From contig CBDBIB010000001.1 in assembly GCA_965205945.1 (NCBI GenBank), positions 448,001 through 512,000 on the forward strand: a stretch of 64,000 nt of DNA, read 5' to 3'. The position numbers were made by a program, and so were the translations under genes. Source of the stretch: Bdellovibrionales bacterium. Its GTDB lineage: Bacteria; Bdellovibrionota; Bdellovibrionia; Bdellovibrionales; UBA1609. The notes under the pieces are model-generated. The model ran no database searches and had not been told where the DNA came from. It was given only the letters and a program-made list of their open reading frames with translations. Shown piece after piece: positions 50,037 through 60,756 of the stretch (within the stretch, counting starts at the first letter, position 1; each line of letters starts with the position of its first letter).

Positions 50037-53000
50037 TTAACCATATCCACCAGCAGTTGGTGTTTTAATAGTTACAGCTTCACCCGCTTTTAATTTTGCG
50101 TGCGCACACCCAGGTAGCACTTCAATCTTACCGTTAAGCCTACGTATAAAAGCCCGGCCTACTTCACCAAAACCGCCTCCATATAATCCTTCTGGTGGGC
50201 GTTGACGGTGAGATGATAATATTGTCATTTCCATACTTTCTAAAAAACGAATGGTTCTCTCTGTTCCATCACCTGCAGACCACTTTCCTGACCCACCGGA
50301 GCCCTTTCTAATAAAGAAATTCTCTAATAAAACAGGGTACTTAAATTCTAATATTTCTGGATCAGTCATACTAGAATTAGTCATATGAACCTGGACTGCG
50401 TCCGTCCCATTAAACCCCTTCCCTGCAGGTGAGCCAGAGCAAATCGTTTCATAATATTGATAAACCTCATTTCCAAAGGTGAAGTTATTCATAGTTCCTT
50501 GTGAGTTTGCCATAGCCCCGAGGGCACCAAACAGTGTATTTGTAATATGTTGTGATGTTTCAACATTACCTGCCACAACAGCCGCTGGATAACTTGGTTT
50601 TAACATACAGCCCTGAGGTATAATAATGTTAATAGGGCGCAAACACCCTGCATTAATGGGAATACTTCCTTCTACCATCATACGGAATGCATATAAAACT
50701 GCTGCACGTGTTACAGGTTCAGGTGCGTTAAAATTATTCTTTTGCTCCTTAGTTGTACCTGTGAAATCTACAATCGCAGTGCGATTTTCCTTATTTACTA
50801 AAATCTGAACTTTAATAATAGCCCCTTGATCTGTTTTATATGAATAACAACTGTTATGCAGCACGCTGATAACACGACGTACACTTTCTTCAGCGTTATC
50901 TTGAACATACTCCATATAAGATTGAACAACACATAAACCAAATTGATCTATCATTTTGTGCAACTCTCCAATGCCCATTTTATTTGCTGCAACTTGTGCT
51001 TTTAAATCCGCAATGTTTTGCATAGGATTTCGGCATGGGAATGGATGATCTGTTAACAATTTATAAAGCGCATTTTCTTGAAAAACACCTTTACTCACTA
51101 TTCGAAAGTTATCGATTAAAATACCTTCTTCATCTACCGTTGTTGCTAAAGGGGTCATTGACCCTGGAGTTGTTCCTCCTACATCTGCATGGTGCCCACG
51201 TGAAGCTGTATAAAAAAGTATTTCTTTTTTTGTATCATTAAAAACAGGAGTAACAACGGTAATATCCGGCAAATGCGTTCCACCATTATAAGGTGCATTT
51301 AATGCAAAAACATCCCCTGGATAAATGTCACCTTTATTAAGGTTTAAGATGACTTCAACGGATCGGTCCATTGATCCTAAATGAATGGGCATATGCGGAG
51401 CATTGGCTACTAGTGAACCATTAGCAGTAAAAACGGCACAAGAAAAATCTAAACGCTCTTTGATGTTTATAGAATGTGCCGTTTTTTGCAAAACAACACC
51501 CATTTGTTCAGCAATAGACATAAATAAATTATTAAATACTTCTAAAAGAATAGGATCGGCTTTCGTCCCCATAGCGTATTTAGTTTTCTTAGCTTTAATA
51601 CGCTCTAACACAATATCATTTTGTTTAGTCACCGTAGCTTGCCAGCCTGGTTCAATGACAATTGTTTGATGCGGCTCCACAATCAATGCTGGCCCGTTAA
51701 TCTTTAAACCAGATTTAAATGCTTTACGTGTCTTATAAATATTTGCTTTATGCCACTCACCATTAGTGTAAATCAACGTAGTCTCATCGCTATTTAGTTT
51801 ATCCTTAGCATCTAATAGATTCATTGTTTGAATTCCAGCACTGCCTCCAAAACTTTCAATGTGAACAGATTCAACAAAGATTTTTTTATTTTCAAAGGCA
51901 AATCCAAATCGTTTTTTGTGAAGTTTGATAAAATCAGATCTCATTTGGTTAATTCTAGATATACTTATAGATAACGTTGTATCTGCCCCATCATAGCGTA
52001 AGTCTAACCATTTAACAGTTTGTATATCCATAACTCCTTGCTTAATTAAATCTTTCTCATTCTCATCTTTAAAGGCGTCTAGAATAGATTCAATATCAAC
52101 TAAAAGTGCTTGATTTAAAAGTTTAGCAACGGATGCAAAGCGTGATGCGCGGATATCTGCAAGACCCATTCCATAAGCAGATAAAACTCCAGAGTAAGAG
52201 TGTATATAAATAGTTTTTATGGCTAGCTTATCTGCAACTAAGCAAGCGTGTTGACCACCGGCACCACCAAAACATGTTAATGTATAATCAGACACATCGT
52301 AACCACGTTGAACAGATATTTTTTTAATTGCATTGGCCATATTTTCAACGGCAATACTTAAAAAACCTTCAGCCACATGATAGATATTTTTTTCATTACC
52401 GATTTTTTTTACCAATTCTTTAAATTTTTCTTTAACAATATGAGCATCCAAATATTGATCTTGGTTGGGGCCAAAAATCTTTGGAAAATTTTCCGGCTTT
52501 AATTTACCCAGCATAACATTGGCATCTGTAAGTGTTAGAGGACCTCCACGAAGATAACTTGCAGGACCCGGATTTGCACCTGCACTGTCTGGGCCTACTG
52601 AAAACTTTGACCCATCGTAATGTAGAATAGACCCCCCGCCTGCAGCAACCGTATGAATATTCATCATAGGCGCACGTACGCGAACACCTGCAACTTCAGT
52701 TTCAAAAGATCGCTCAAATACTCCACTATAATGAGAAACATCTGTAGATGTGCCCCCCATATCAAAGGCAATAATTTTATTAAACCCTGCTAATTTGCTA
52801 GTTTTTACTGCCCCCACAACACCGCCAGCAGGACCAGACAAAATAGCGTCTTTACCTTTAAAACGATCTGCAGATGTTAACCCCCCGTTTGACATCATGA
52901 ACATAAGTTTTGTTCCAGCACGCTCTAGTCCATCAAGCTCATGAGCAACCTGTGCTACATAACGCGATAAAATAGGAGTAAGATAAGCATCCACAACTGT

Positions 53001-53630
53001 CGTATCACCACGCCCAACAAACTTCATTAAAGGAGAGACTTTATGACTAACAGATATTTGTGTGAAACCGATTTCTACGGCAATTTTTTCTGCTAACAAT
53101 TCGTGATCTGGATAGGCATAAGCATGCATAAAAACAATTGCAATAGATCTATGACCTGCTTGATATAATCCTAATAATGCAGTTTCAACTTCACTTATGT
53201 CTAAAGGTTTTTCAATGGTTCCTTCTGCGCGCATGCGCTCATTTATTTCAATAACATTAGAATATAGTTGTTCTAGTTTTTTTATTTCTTTTGCAAATAT
53301 CTCTTTACGAGCCTGATAACCAATTAAAAGTGCATCACGAAAACCTTGAGTTATTAACAAGGCTGTTTTTTCACCTTTACGCTCTAACAGTGCATTAGTG
53401 GCAACAGTTGTACCCATTTTTATGGAGGCAATTTTTGACGCAGGAATAAGCTTGTTTTTTGCAATACCCATAAGATCTCGAATACCCTGGAGTACTGCGT
53501 CGTTATAGGCCTCCTGATTTTCAGATAAAAGCTTATGGATAAGAATATTACCTTTAGGCGTCTTTGCCACAATATCGGTAAAAGTGCCGCCCCGATCGAT
53601 CCAAAAGTCCCAATTCTTCATTTTTATCAC
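50037..53630 (-). CDS. Fused hydantoinase A/B (ATP-dependent 5-oxoprolinase); start may be ATG 53621
   Basis: [53 protein letters not shown]. Confidence 0.93.
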   Translation of the reverse strand: MIKMKNWDFWIDRGGTFTDIVAKTPKGNILIHKLLSENQEAYNDAVLQGIRDLMGIAKNKLIPASKIASIKMGTTVATNALLERKGEKTALLITQGFRDALLIGYQARKEIFAKEIKKLEQLYSNVIEINERMRAEGTIEKPLDISEVETALLGLYQAGHRSIAIVFMHAYAYPDHELLAEKIAVEIGFTQISVSHKVSPLMKFVGRGDTTVVDAYLTPILSRYVAQVAHELDGLERAGTKLMFMMSNGGLTSADRFKGKDAILSGPAGGVVGAVKTSKLAGFNKIIAFDMGGTSTDVSHYSGVFERSFETEVAGVRVRAPMMNIHTVAAGGGSILHYDGSKFSVGPDSAGANPGPASYLRGGPLTLTDANVMLGKLKPENFPKIFGPNQDQYLDAHIVKEKFKELVKKIGNEKNIYHVAEGFLSIAVENMANAIKKISVQRGYDVSDYTLTCFGGAGGQHACLVADKLAIKTIYIHSYSGVLSAYGMGLADIRASRFASVAKLLNQALLVDIESILDAFKDENEKDLIKQGVMDIQTVKWLDLRYDGADTTLSISISRINQMRSDFIKLHKKRFGFAFENKKIFVESVHIESFGGSAGIQTMNLLDAKDKLNSDETTLIYTNGEWHKANIYKTRKAFKSGLKINGPALIVEPHQTIVIEPGWQATVTKQNDIVLERIKAKKTKYAMGTKADPILLEVFNNLFMSIAEQMGVVLQKTAHSINIKERLDFSCAVFTANGSLVANAPHMPIHLGSMDRSVEVILNLNKGDIYPGDVFALNAPYNGGTHLPDITVVTPVFNDTKKEILFYTASRGHHADVGGTTPGSMTPLATTVDEEGILIDNFRIVSKGVFQENALYKLLTDHPFPCRNPMQNIADLKAQVAANKMGIGELHKMIDQFGLCVVQSYMEYVQDNAEESVRRVISVLHNSCYSYKTDQGAIIKVQILVNKENRTAIVDFTGTTKEQKNNFNAPEPVTRAAVLYAFRMMVEGSIPINAGCLRPINIIIPQGCMLKPSYPAAVVAGNVETSQHITNTLFGALGAMANSQGTMNNFTFGNEVYQYYETICSGSPAGKGFNGTDAVQVHMTNSSMTDPEILEFKYPVLLENFFIRKGSGGSGKWSAGDGTERTIRFLESMEMTILSSHRQRPPEGLYGGGFGEVGRAFIRRLNGKIEVLPGCAHAKLKAGEAVTIKTPTAGGYG

Positions 53631-54060
53631 CCTTTTTAATATAACTGTTAAAAATGAACAGCTTTAACAAAAAAGATCAATATCATTATTTAAGTATAAA
53701 TTACAGTTTAGAAAAAAATCTAGCAAAGATATCAAAAAAACTTTAGATGAAAGCTTAACATTTAAATTTAATGAATTTAATTTTTAAAAACACACATTCT
53801 AAGAAAAATTTGTGAAGATAAGAAAGTTTAAGATAAAAAAACTTAACGTGCCCATACCGAAAAAGCCCTTTAGTAATTACACCATCAATTCCCCTTAATA
53901 ATAACACTTATACAGTAAAATCTAAATCCCTAAAAATTCTATGAATAAGCCACCTACTTTAAAGGTATTATAAAAAGGCTAAATTTTTATAATAAATTTG
54001 AATAAATTTCAATTCTACCTTAGCTTGCTTTTAAGGCTTAGCAAGTGTTTAATACTCCTC

Positions 54061-54993
54061 ATGAATAATACACTTTGGTTTGATCAGTTTTACCTAGAAA
54101 ATTTTGCTTTTGTTGCGACTTTTTTAATTTGCTTAGGCCTTCCTCTTTTTATTTTTAGAAATTCAAAAACTCATATCCAAATTTCATGGGTCAGTGTTAA
54201 AAGCTGGCTATACATCTTACCTGTACTGTTTTTTTTCATAGGGCTCCCTCAACCAGGCCCCTTTATTTTTATGGTACTTGTAAGTATCTACTCTTCAAAA
54301 CGTTTTTTTCAAATGACAGGAATCTACCACAAAAGACTTTTTGTCTACGCCTGCTACATTGCTATTTTAACAAGTGGATTTTGTATTTATAATCATTATG
54401 ATATAGGGTTTTTCTGCTCCATCTTTGGACTTCTTTTAAGCTTAACAATTATTCCTATAGTAACAAACAAAACACAAAATATGATTCAATATATTAGCTT
54501 AACTTTTATTTGCTTTTGTCTTTTAGGGTGGAATCTTCTTTTCGCCTCTCGTATTTTTGAAATAGAAAAGGGCCTATATATTTTATTTTATCTTTACGTC
54601 CTAGCTGAATTTTCAGGGAACACGTCAAATGGTATAAACTTAATAATACCTAGTTCTTCTATTGCCTCAAACGTCACTCCTAAAGCAAAATGGATGGGCT
54701 TAATATTTTCTTTTATTTTAACGCTTTTTCTTGCTTGGGTTTTTAGAAGACTTCTTTTTGACACATCAGAAATCTACTGGATCAGTGCTGGAATGATTTC
54801 ATTTTTTGGAGCTCACTTTGGTGAATGGACTATCTCAAGCTTTAGAAAAGACCTAGGCTTAAAAGATCACGGGGTCTTTATCATTGGTCGAGGCGATTTA
54901 TTAAGCCGCTCTAATCGAATAATTTATGTTTATCCATTATTCACAATATTCTTATGGCTAAATAAAGATATCTCATTTTTTAGAGCCCTTTAG
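54061..54993 (+). CDS. Divergent phosphatidate cytidylyltransferase-family membrane protein
   Basis: Multiple TM helices; RKDLGLKDHGVFIIGRGDLLSR resembles the CTP_transf_1 motif; precedes an acyltransferase. Confidence 0.7.
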   Translation: MNNTLWFDQFYLENFAFVATFLICLGLPLFIFRNSKTHIQISWVSVKSWLYILPVLFFFIGLPQPGPFIFMVLVSIYSSKRFFQMTGIYHKRLFVYACYIAILTSGFCIYNHYDIGFFCSIFGLLLSLTIIPIVTNKTQNMIQYISLTFICFCLLGWNLLFASRIFEIEKGLYILFYLYVLAEFSGNTSNGINLIIPSSSIASNVTPKAKWMGLIFSFILTLFLAWVFRRLLFDTSEIYWISAGMISFFGAHFGEWTISSFRKDLGLKDHGVFIIGRGDLLSRSNRIIYVYPLFTIFLWLNKDISFFRAL

Positions 54994-55002
54994 GTTATAA
55001 AC

Positions 55003-55749
55003 ATGAAAAATTGGAACTATGAAAATGAACAATGGCAAAAACTGCCTACCTATTTAAAACACCTTCCCCTTTTTACAAGGCATTTTGATTTAACATCTTA
55101 CCTTATAAGCTTTATCTGGAACTTTTTATTAAAAACTCTGGGCTTTAAGCTCTATATTCAACTTAAAATCATTGGTGATTTTCATAAGATTTATAAAAAA
55201 CACCCTAAATTACTTTTAATTTCAAACCACTCCTCTCACTTAGATGCCGTATCCATTACTGCATCTATACCATTTAAATATTGGAAAGATCTTTTTATTT
55301 CAGCAGCAAAAGACTATTGGTTTAGAAGCACAATTTTCACCTTTTTCTCACAACATTGTTTAGGCGCTATTCCCATAAACAGAAAAGAAAACAAATCCGA
55401 AGCCATCAACCTTTGCCTTAATTTATTAAATAATCTAGACCGTATTTGGCTCATTCTTTTCCCTGAAGGAACACGATCTCCAGATGGGTACCTTCATAAC
55501 TTTAAAAAAGGTGTTAGCCTATTTTCTCAAGAAACAAACACTCCTGTACTTTTCTTATACATTCAAGGAAACGCTGATCTTTGGCCTAAAGATCGCCTGC
55601 TCCCTAAACCTGGAAAATTAACTTTACATGTTGGTCCAGTTTTCCCCCCCTCCCCCATTAAAGAGATTCAAAAAGCTTATGAAAATTGGTTATTAACAAT
55701 TGATTCTTCAGTTATTTCAAATAGAAAAAAAGATGACGAAAGAATTTAA
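55003..55749 (+). CDS. Lysophospholipid acyltransferase (PlsC family)
   Basis: NHSSHLD; AAKDYWF; FPEGTRS. Confidence 0.9.
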   Translation: MKNWNYENEQWQKLPTYLKHLPLFTRHFDLTSYLISFIWNFLLKTLGFKLYIQLKIIGDFHKIYKKHPKLLLISNHSSHLDAVSITASIPFKYWKDLFISAAKDYWFRSTIFTFFSQHCLGAIPINRKENKSEAINLCLNLLNNLDRIWLILFPEGTRSPDGYLHNFKKGVSLFSQETNTPVLFLYIQGNADLWPKDRLLPKPGKLTLHVGPVFPPSPIKEIQKAYENWLLTIDSSVISNRKKDDERI

Positions 55750-57451
55750 TATACAAATATCAACTCAAAATGGTACAGGAAGTACAACTGCAAATAAAAT
55801 CTTAGTCCGATCTCTTGTTGCTCAAGGTTTTTTAGTGACTTCTAAAAACTTGTTTCCCTCAAACATCTCAGGACTTCCAACAACATTTAAAATACGGATC
55901 TCTAATTATCATCAAACAAGTATAAATAATCAGACTGACCTATACATTGGTTTTAACAAAAAAACTTTAGAAAAAGATTTAACTCAACTTTTACCTAATA
56001 CCTTTTGTCTTTTAAATGCTGATTTTAAGTTTAAAACCTTCTTAAAAAATCAAATTCAAATTGACTGTAGAAAGACTGTTCGAAATCTTCATAATTCTGC
56101 TTCTGCTAAAAAACTACTGTATAATATGCTCTATGTTGGGAGCACTCTTCACATTATTGGCGGCAACCTTGACTCTGCAAAAAATGTAACAAAAGATTTC
56201 CTTAAAAATATTCCAAAAGATTTAATACAGGCTAATGTAAATGCCCTTGAAGCTGGATTTAATTTAATCAAGAAACCCTTTTTTAAATTAGATAAAAAGA
56301 CTCCTAAAGCTACATATCTTTTTAAAGGAAACTCTTGCTCCGCTCTTGGCTTCTTAGATGGAGGAGCTACGGTTGCCACATGGTATCCTATAACACCCTC
56401 ATCTTCTGTCATTGAGGATTTTAAAAACCTCATAGCTCTTTATAAAAAAGAGCACATATCTATTCTACAGTGTGAAGATGAGATTGCCTCTGCTGTCACT
56501 GCTCTTGGAGCTGGATGGAGTGGGGCTAGATCTTTTACTACAACTTCGGGTCCAGGTTTAAGCCTTATGCAAGAAGCCCTTGGATTAGCATACTTTACAG
56601 AAAGTCCTTTTGTACTTTTAGATGTTCAAAGAGCCGGTCCTTCAACAGGGCTTCCCACAAGAACCGCACAGGGCGATTTGATTCTCGCTCACTTTAGTTC
56701 TCATGGAGATGGCACCCACCCTATTTTTTTACCTGGTACACCACAAGAGTGCTACGATGATGCTTTTGATAGCTTAAATTTAGCTCAATCATTACAAACT
56801 CCAATTCTTATACTCTCTGATCTTGATTTAGGAATGAATGAATGGTCTTCAAAACCTATTCAACAAAAAAAAGCCCCCTTAGATAAAGGCTCTATTCAGA
56901 TTAAAGCTGTTAATAATTTTAAACGCTATTCGAATTTAAAACTTTCTCCAACCAGAAGTATTCCACGAATTAGCGACTCTAAACTTGCATATTTTACACG
57001 AGGGACTGGACATACCGAGGATGGCTCTTACTCTGAAAACCCTATTGTTTATGAAAAAAAACTTACTCGCCTAAAAAATAAGGTAGCTAATTCTTATAAA
57101 TCCCACCATTTTCCAAAAAGTCTTATTCAAGAAAATAAGACTAAAGTTTCTGTTGTTACCTGGGGAAGTACCGGACAAATACATGGGGAGTTAAAAGACC
57201 TGCTTCCTTTTAAATTTTCATACATGCGCATTAGAGCTCTGCCTTTAGGACCAGATGAATTTAAATTTCTTAGTAACCATAAAATTAACTTTATTATTGA
57301 ACAAAACCGAGATGGTCAATTAAACAAAATCATCAAGGCTTTTTCTAAAAATATGAGCCCCTGTATTACTAAATCAATTTGTCAATTTGACGGACAACCA
57401 ATTAATACAAAAAAAATAGCTTTAAAAATTTTAGAGGCCACACATGAATAA
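55733..57451 (+). CDS. 2-oxoacid:ferredoxin oxidoreductase alpha subunit
   Basis: NGTGS; FPSNI; WYPITPSS; EDEIAS; TTTSGPG; QRAGPSTGLPT. Confidence 0.92.
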   Translation: MTKEFNIQISTQNGTGSTTANKILVRSLVAQGFLVTSKNLFPSNISGLPTTFKIRISNYHQTSINNQTDLYIGFNKKTLEKDLTQLLPNTFCLLNADFKFKTFLKNQIQIDCRKTVRNLHNSASAKKLLYNMLYVGSTLHIIGGNLDSAKNVTKDFLKNIPKDLIQANVNALEAGFNLIKKPFFKLDKKTPKATYLFKGNSCSALGFLDGGATVATWYPITPSSSVIEDFKNLIALYKKEHISILQCEDEIASAVTALGAGWSGARSFTTTSGPGLSLMQEALGLAYFTESPFVLLDVQRAGPSTGLPTRTAQGDLILAHFSSHGDGTHPIFLPGTPQECYDDAFDSLNLAQSLQTPILILSDLDLGMNEWSSKPIQQKKAPLDKGSIQIKAVNNFKRYSNLKLSPTRSIPRISDSKLAYFTRGTGHTEDGSYSENPIVYEKKLTRLKNKVANSYKSHHFPKSLIQENKTKVSVVTWGSTGQIHGELKDLLPFKFSYMRIRALPLGPDEFKFLSNHKINFIIEQNRDGQLNKIIKAFSKNMSPCITKSICQFDGQPINTKKIALKILEATHE

Positions 57452-58421
57452 AATTAATTTAAACAAAGAATCATATAAAGCAAGCCCTTCAACTTTATGT
57501 AAGGGCTGTGGCCATGACTCTATCACTTTAAACCTTATTAATGCTTTATATGAGCTTTGTATAGATCCTGCTCAAGTGATTAAACTTTCAGGCATTGGGT
57601 GCTCATCTAAAATTCCAAACTATTTTCTTAAGTCAAGCTTTGGTTTTAACTCTTTACACGGGCGAATGGCTGCTCTTGCAACAGGTGTTAACTTAAGTCA
57701 ACCTAAGGCAAAGCTTATTGGGATTTCTGGTGATGGAGACACTGCTTCTATTGGGCTTGGAGGGTTTTTACATTTAATACGTAAAAATGTTCCCATTGTT
57801 TACATCGTTGCTAACAACGGTGTTTATGGGCTTACAAAGGGGCAGTTTTCAGCAACAAGCCATAAAAATGATATTTCAAAATTAAATCTTGAGCAGAATT
57901 TACCTGAATTAGATATCCTTCTTCAAGCCTTATCTACAGGTTGCAGTTTTGTTGCAAGGTCTTTTTCTGGTGAAAATAAACAGTTAAAAAATATTTTAAA
58001 ACTTGCTCTAAACCATAATGGCACTGCCGTAATTGATGTTATCTCCCCTTGCATAGTTTACGGAAATCACAAAGATTTTTCTAAAAGCTACACTTATACT
58101 CAAGAAACTAATCACCCTCTTCATGAAATTGATATTATTAATGATGATATTCTAATCTTAAAAGACTCTTTAAAGTATAAACTTATTCCTTTAAAAGAAC
58201 AAAATCACGATACCTCTTCTTTACCTCAAGCCTTAAAGCTTATTTTAAAAGAAAAAACCGATAATATCCTTCACACAGGTTTAATTTATATAGATAAATC
58301 AAAGCCCAATCTTAATCAAGCTTATGGGTTTTCAAACAAAGACAAATTCTGTTTAAAAGAAGAAGATTTAAGGCTTTCAAAAGAAAATTTTAATACTTTT
58401 AACAATGGAGCACTTATTTGA
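57444..58421 (+). CDS. 2-oxoacid:ferredoxin oxidoreductase beta subunit
   Basis: LCKGCGH; SGIGCS; GDGD; NNGVYGLTKGQ; SPC. Confidence 0.92.
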   Translation: MNKINLNKESYKASPSTLCKGCGHDSITLNLINALYELCIDPAQVIKLSGIGCSSKIPNYFLKSSFGFNSLHGRMAALATGVNLSQPKAKLIGISGDGDTASIGLGGFLHLIRKNVPIVYIVANNGVYGLTKGQFSATSHKNDISKLNLEQNLPELDILLQALSTGCSFVARSFSGENKQLKNILKLALNHNGTAVIDVISPCIVYGNHKDFSKSYTYTQETNHPLHEIDIINDDILILKDSLKYKLIPLKEQNHDTSSLPQALKLILKEKTDNILHTGLIYIDKSKPNLNQAYGFSNKDKFCLKEEDLRLSKENFNTFNNGALI

Positions 58422-59335
58422 AACAATATCACAATTTAAACATTCAAGACATTATATTAAATATCGGCCCCTATAAAGTTCATAGCCTTAGCACTACTAG
58501 TTTTGGTTTAGATGGTGGGGCTATGTTTGGAACTGTTCCTAAGGTTTTGTGGAGTAAAACCAATCCCTCAGATGATCAAAATAGAATCCTAATGGATTGT
58601 CGATGTTTACTATTAGAATCAACAGATTATAAAATTTTAATAGATACAGGTCTTGGTGGAGATTTTATTGAAAAATACGGATCTTCGTTAGGTCTAAAAT
58701 TTTCTAAAATGTACTCCATCTTAGAAAATAACAAATCTGGAATTGAAAAAGCCTTAAGTAAAATAAACATTAAAACTTCTCAAATCACCCATGTTATTCT
58801 AACCCACCTTCACTTTGATCATGCTGGAGGAGCTACTAAATCAATAAACAAAAAACTTGTTCCCACCTTTAAGAATGCTGAATATTTCATACAAAAAGAC
58901 AATTTAAAAACTGCCCTTTCACCCAATTTAAGAGAAAAAGCCAGCTATTATAAGTGTAATTTTGAAGTGCTTATAAAAAACAAAGTCCTTACAATCCTTA
59001 ACGGAAATGAAGAAATCCTTCCTAACATTTCCTTTTCAATTTCTAATGGACACACTAAAGGACAACAAAATGTTTGGGTTGAAGATGATAAAAACTCTCT
59101 TCTTTACTGTGCTGACTTAATACCTACAGCAACTCATGTAAGGCTCCCATGGATTATGGGCTATGATTTAAATCCTCTTATGATTATTAAAGAAAAAAAA
59201 AGAGAGCTTAAAAAAGCCCTTAAAAAAGAAAGCTTTTTATTTTTTGAACATGATCCTTATTGCTCTACTGCAAAAATAAAAACTTCGGAAAATGGCTTGG
59301 ATTTTAGGCTTAAAGAAATTTTTAAATTGTCATAA
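58418..59335 (+). CDS. MBL-fold metallo-hydrolase (YtnP-like)
   Basis: LDGGAMFG.VP; THLHFDHAGG; GHT; MGYD; FEHD. Confidence 0.9.
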   Translation: MKQYHNLNIQDIILNIGPYKVHSLSTTSFGLDGGAMFGTVPKVLWSKTNPSDDQNRILMDCRCLLLESTDYKILIDTGLGGDFIEKYGSSLGLKFSKMYSILENNKSGIEKALSKINIKTSQITHVILTHLHFDHAGGATKSINKKLVPTFKNAEYFIQKDNLKTALSPNLREKASYYKCNFEVLIKNKVLTILNGNEEILPNISFSISNGHTKGQQNVWVEDDKNSLLYCADLIPTATHVRLPWIMGYDLNPLMIIKEKKRELKKALKKESFLFFEHDPYCSTAKIKTSENGLDFRLKEIFKLS

Positions 59336-59354
59336 AACGATTTTAAGTTAGAAT
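59327..59354 (+). promoter_or_regulatory. Putative sigma70 promoter giving a leaderless nhaA transcript
   Basis: TTGTCA-N16-TAGAAT, 7 nt before ATG 59362; no SD. Confidence 0.5.
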
Positions 59355-59361
59355 CCTCATC

Positions 59362-60684
59362 ATGGTTAAAAAAATATTAAATCCAATAGAAAAATTTATG
59401 CATTTAGAAGCCTCAAGCGGAATAATGCTTATTATTGCAACTCTTATGGCTTTAATTATGGTCAACACAGGGATGCAGACTCTATATTATAATATTCTTC
59501 ACTTTCCAATCAATTTAGATATTGGTAGTTTAGTTTTGCATGGCTCTGTTCACCATTGGGTAAACGATGCGCTCATGGTGATCTTCTTTTTTATAGTTGG
59601 ATTAGAGATTAAACGTGAAATGGTTAGTGGAGAGCTTTCTTCTCCCCAAAAAGCTGCACTTCCAATATTTGCTGCTTTTGGCGGGATGGTTGTTCCTGCT
59701 TTATTTTATGTACTACTTAATATGTCTGAAGAACAGGGCACCGCTCTTAATGGCTGGGGAATTCCAATGGCCACTGACATTGCTTTTGCTGTTGGTGTTG
59801 TTGCGCTGTTAGGAAAAAGAGTGCCCTTTTCTTTAAAAATCTTCTTATTAGCATTAGCAATTGTTGATGACCTAGGTGCTGTTTTTGTCATTGCCGCCTT
59901 TTACACTGAACAAATTTCAGCTCCTGCTTTAGGTATAGCAGGCCTTGGGTGCTTAGCTATTCTACTATTTAGATATATTGGTGTAAGGTCAATTTTTGTA
60001 TATATTCTTTTAGGCCTTATTATTTGGCTCGGGTTTTTCACAAGCGGTATTCACGCAACCATTGCTGGTGTTATTATTGGCTTTTTAACCCCTTCAAAAC
60101 CACTTTTTACTAGTGATGAGTTAGGTAAGAAAATCAACACGTTATCCCAAAAAACTTTAAGTACACTTAATCATTTTAAAAATAACATGGAGGCAACATA
60201 TCTAAAGGAAAAGGATAGAAAGAAAATTTTTGAACTTAGAAATATCGCTTTTGAAGGCCTTTCTCCAATAGATAGAATTATTGATATAATGCACCCATGG
60301 GTAAGTTTTTTTATTATGCCCGCTTTTGCCTTTTGTAATGCTGGTGTTGTCATCTCTTCTAAAGCTGCAGAAAGTTTTTTTTCATCTCCAATCTCTTTAG
60401 GCATTTTCTTAGGGCTTGTTGTTGGAAAACCCGTTGGAATTCTTATATTCTCAGCCTTATCAGTTGTTTTTAAACTTGCAGCTCTTCCAAAAAATGTAAC
60501 CTGGACTCATATCATAGGGTTAGGCTTTTTAGGCGGTATTGGATTTACAATGTCGTTATTTGTTACAAGTCTTGCCATCTCTGATCCACTATCAAGTGAC
60601 CTTGCTAAAATGGGAATCCTAACAGCTTCACTAGCAGCTTCTTTTTTTGGAGCAGGAACTCTTATTCTTGCAAGTAAAAAATAA
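59362..60684 (+). CDS. nhaA: Na+/H+ antiporter
   Basis: GLEIKRE; GWGIPMATDIAFA; LAIVDD; GIGFTMSLF. Confidence 0.96.
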   Translation: MVKKILNPIEKFMHLEASSGIMLIIATLMALIMVNTGMQTLYYNILHFPINLDIGSLVLHGSVHHWVNDALMVIFFFIVGLEIKREMVSGELSSPQKAALPIFAAFGGMVVPALFYVLLNMSEEQGTALNGWGIPMATDIAFAVGVVALLGKRVPFSLKIFLLALAIVDDLGAVFVIAAFYTEQISAPALGIAGLGCLAILLFRYIGVRSIFVYILLGLIIWLGFFTSGIHATIAGVIIGFLTPSKPLFTSDELGKKINTLSQKTLSTLNHFKNNMEATYLKEKDRKKIFELRNIAFEGLSPIDRIIDIMHPWVSFFIMPAFAFCNAGVVISSKAAESFFSSPISLGIFLGLVVGKPVGILIFSALSVVFKLAALPKNVTWTHIIGLGFLGGIGFTMSLFVTSLAISDPLSSDLAKMGILTASLAASFFGAGTLILASKK

Positions 60685-60756
60685 AAAATTTTAAACAGCT
60701 AATCTTATAAAAAAACCTAAAATTAAAATAAAAAGCTGTCTTGTTCGCTCTTTACT

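Noticed and set aside
9394..60404. Many short antisense or alternate-frame ORFs in the track (e.g. 9394-9771, 14165-14554, 16214-16582, 21854-22201, 35464-35748, 51385-51669)
   Set aside because: They lie within or largely overlap well-supported genes and show no motifs; shadow ORFs
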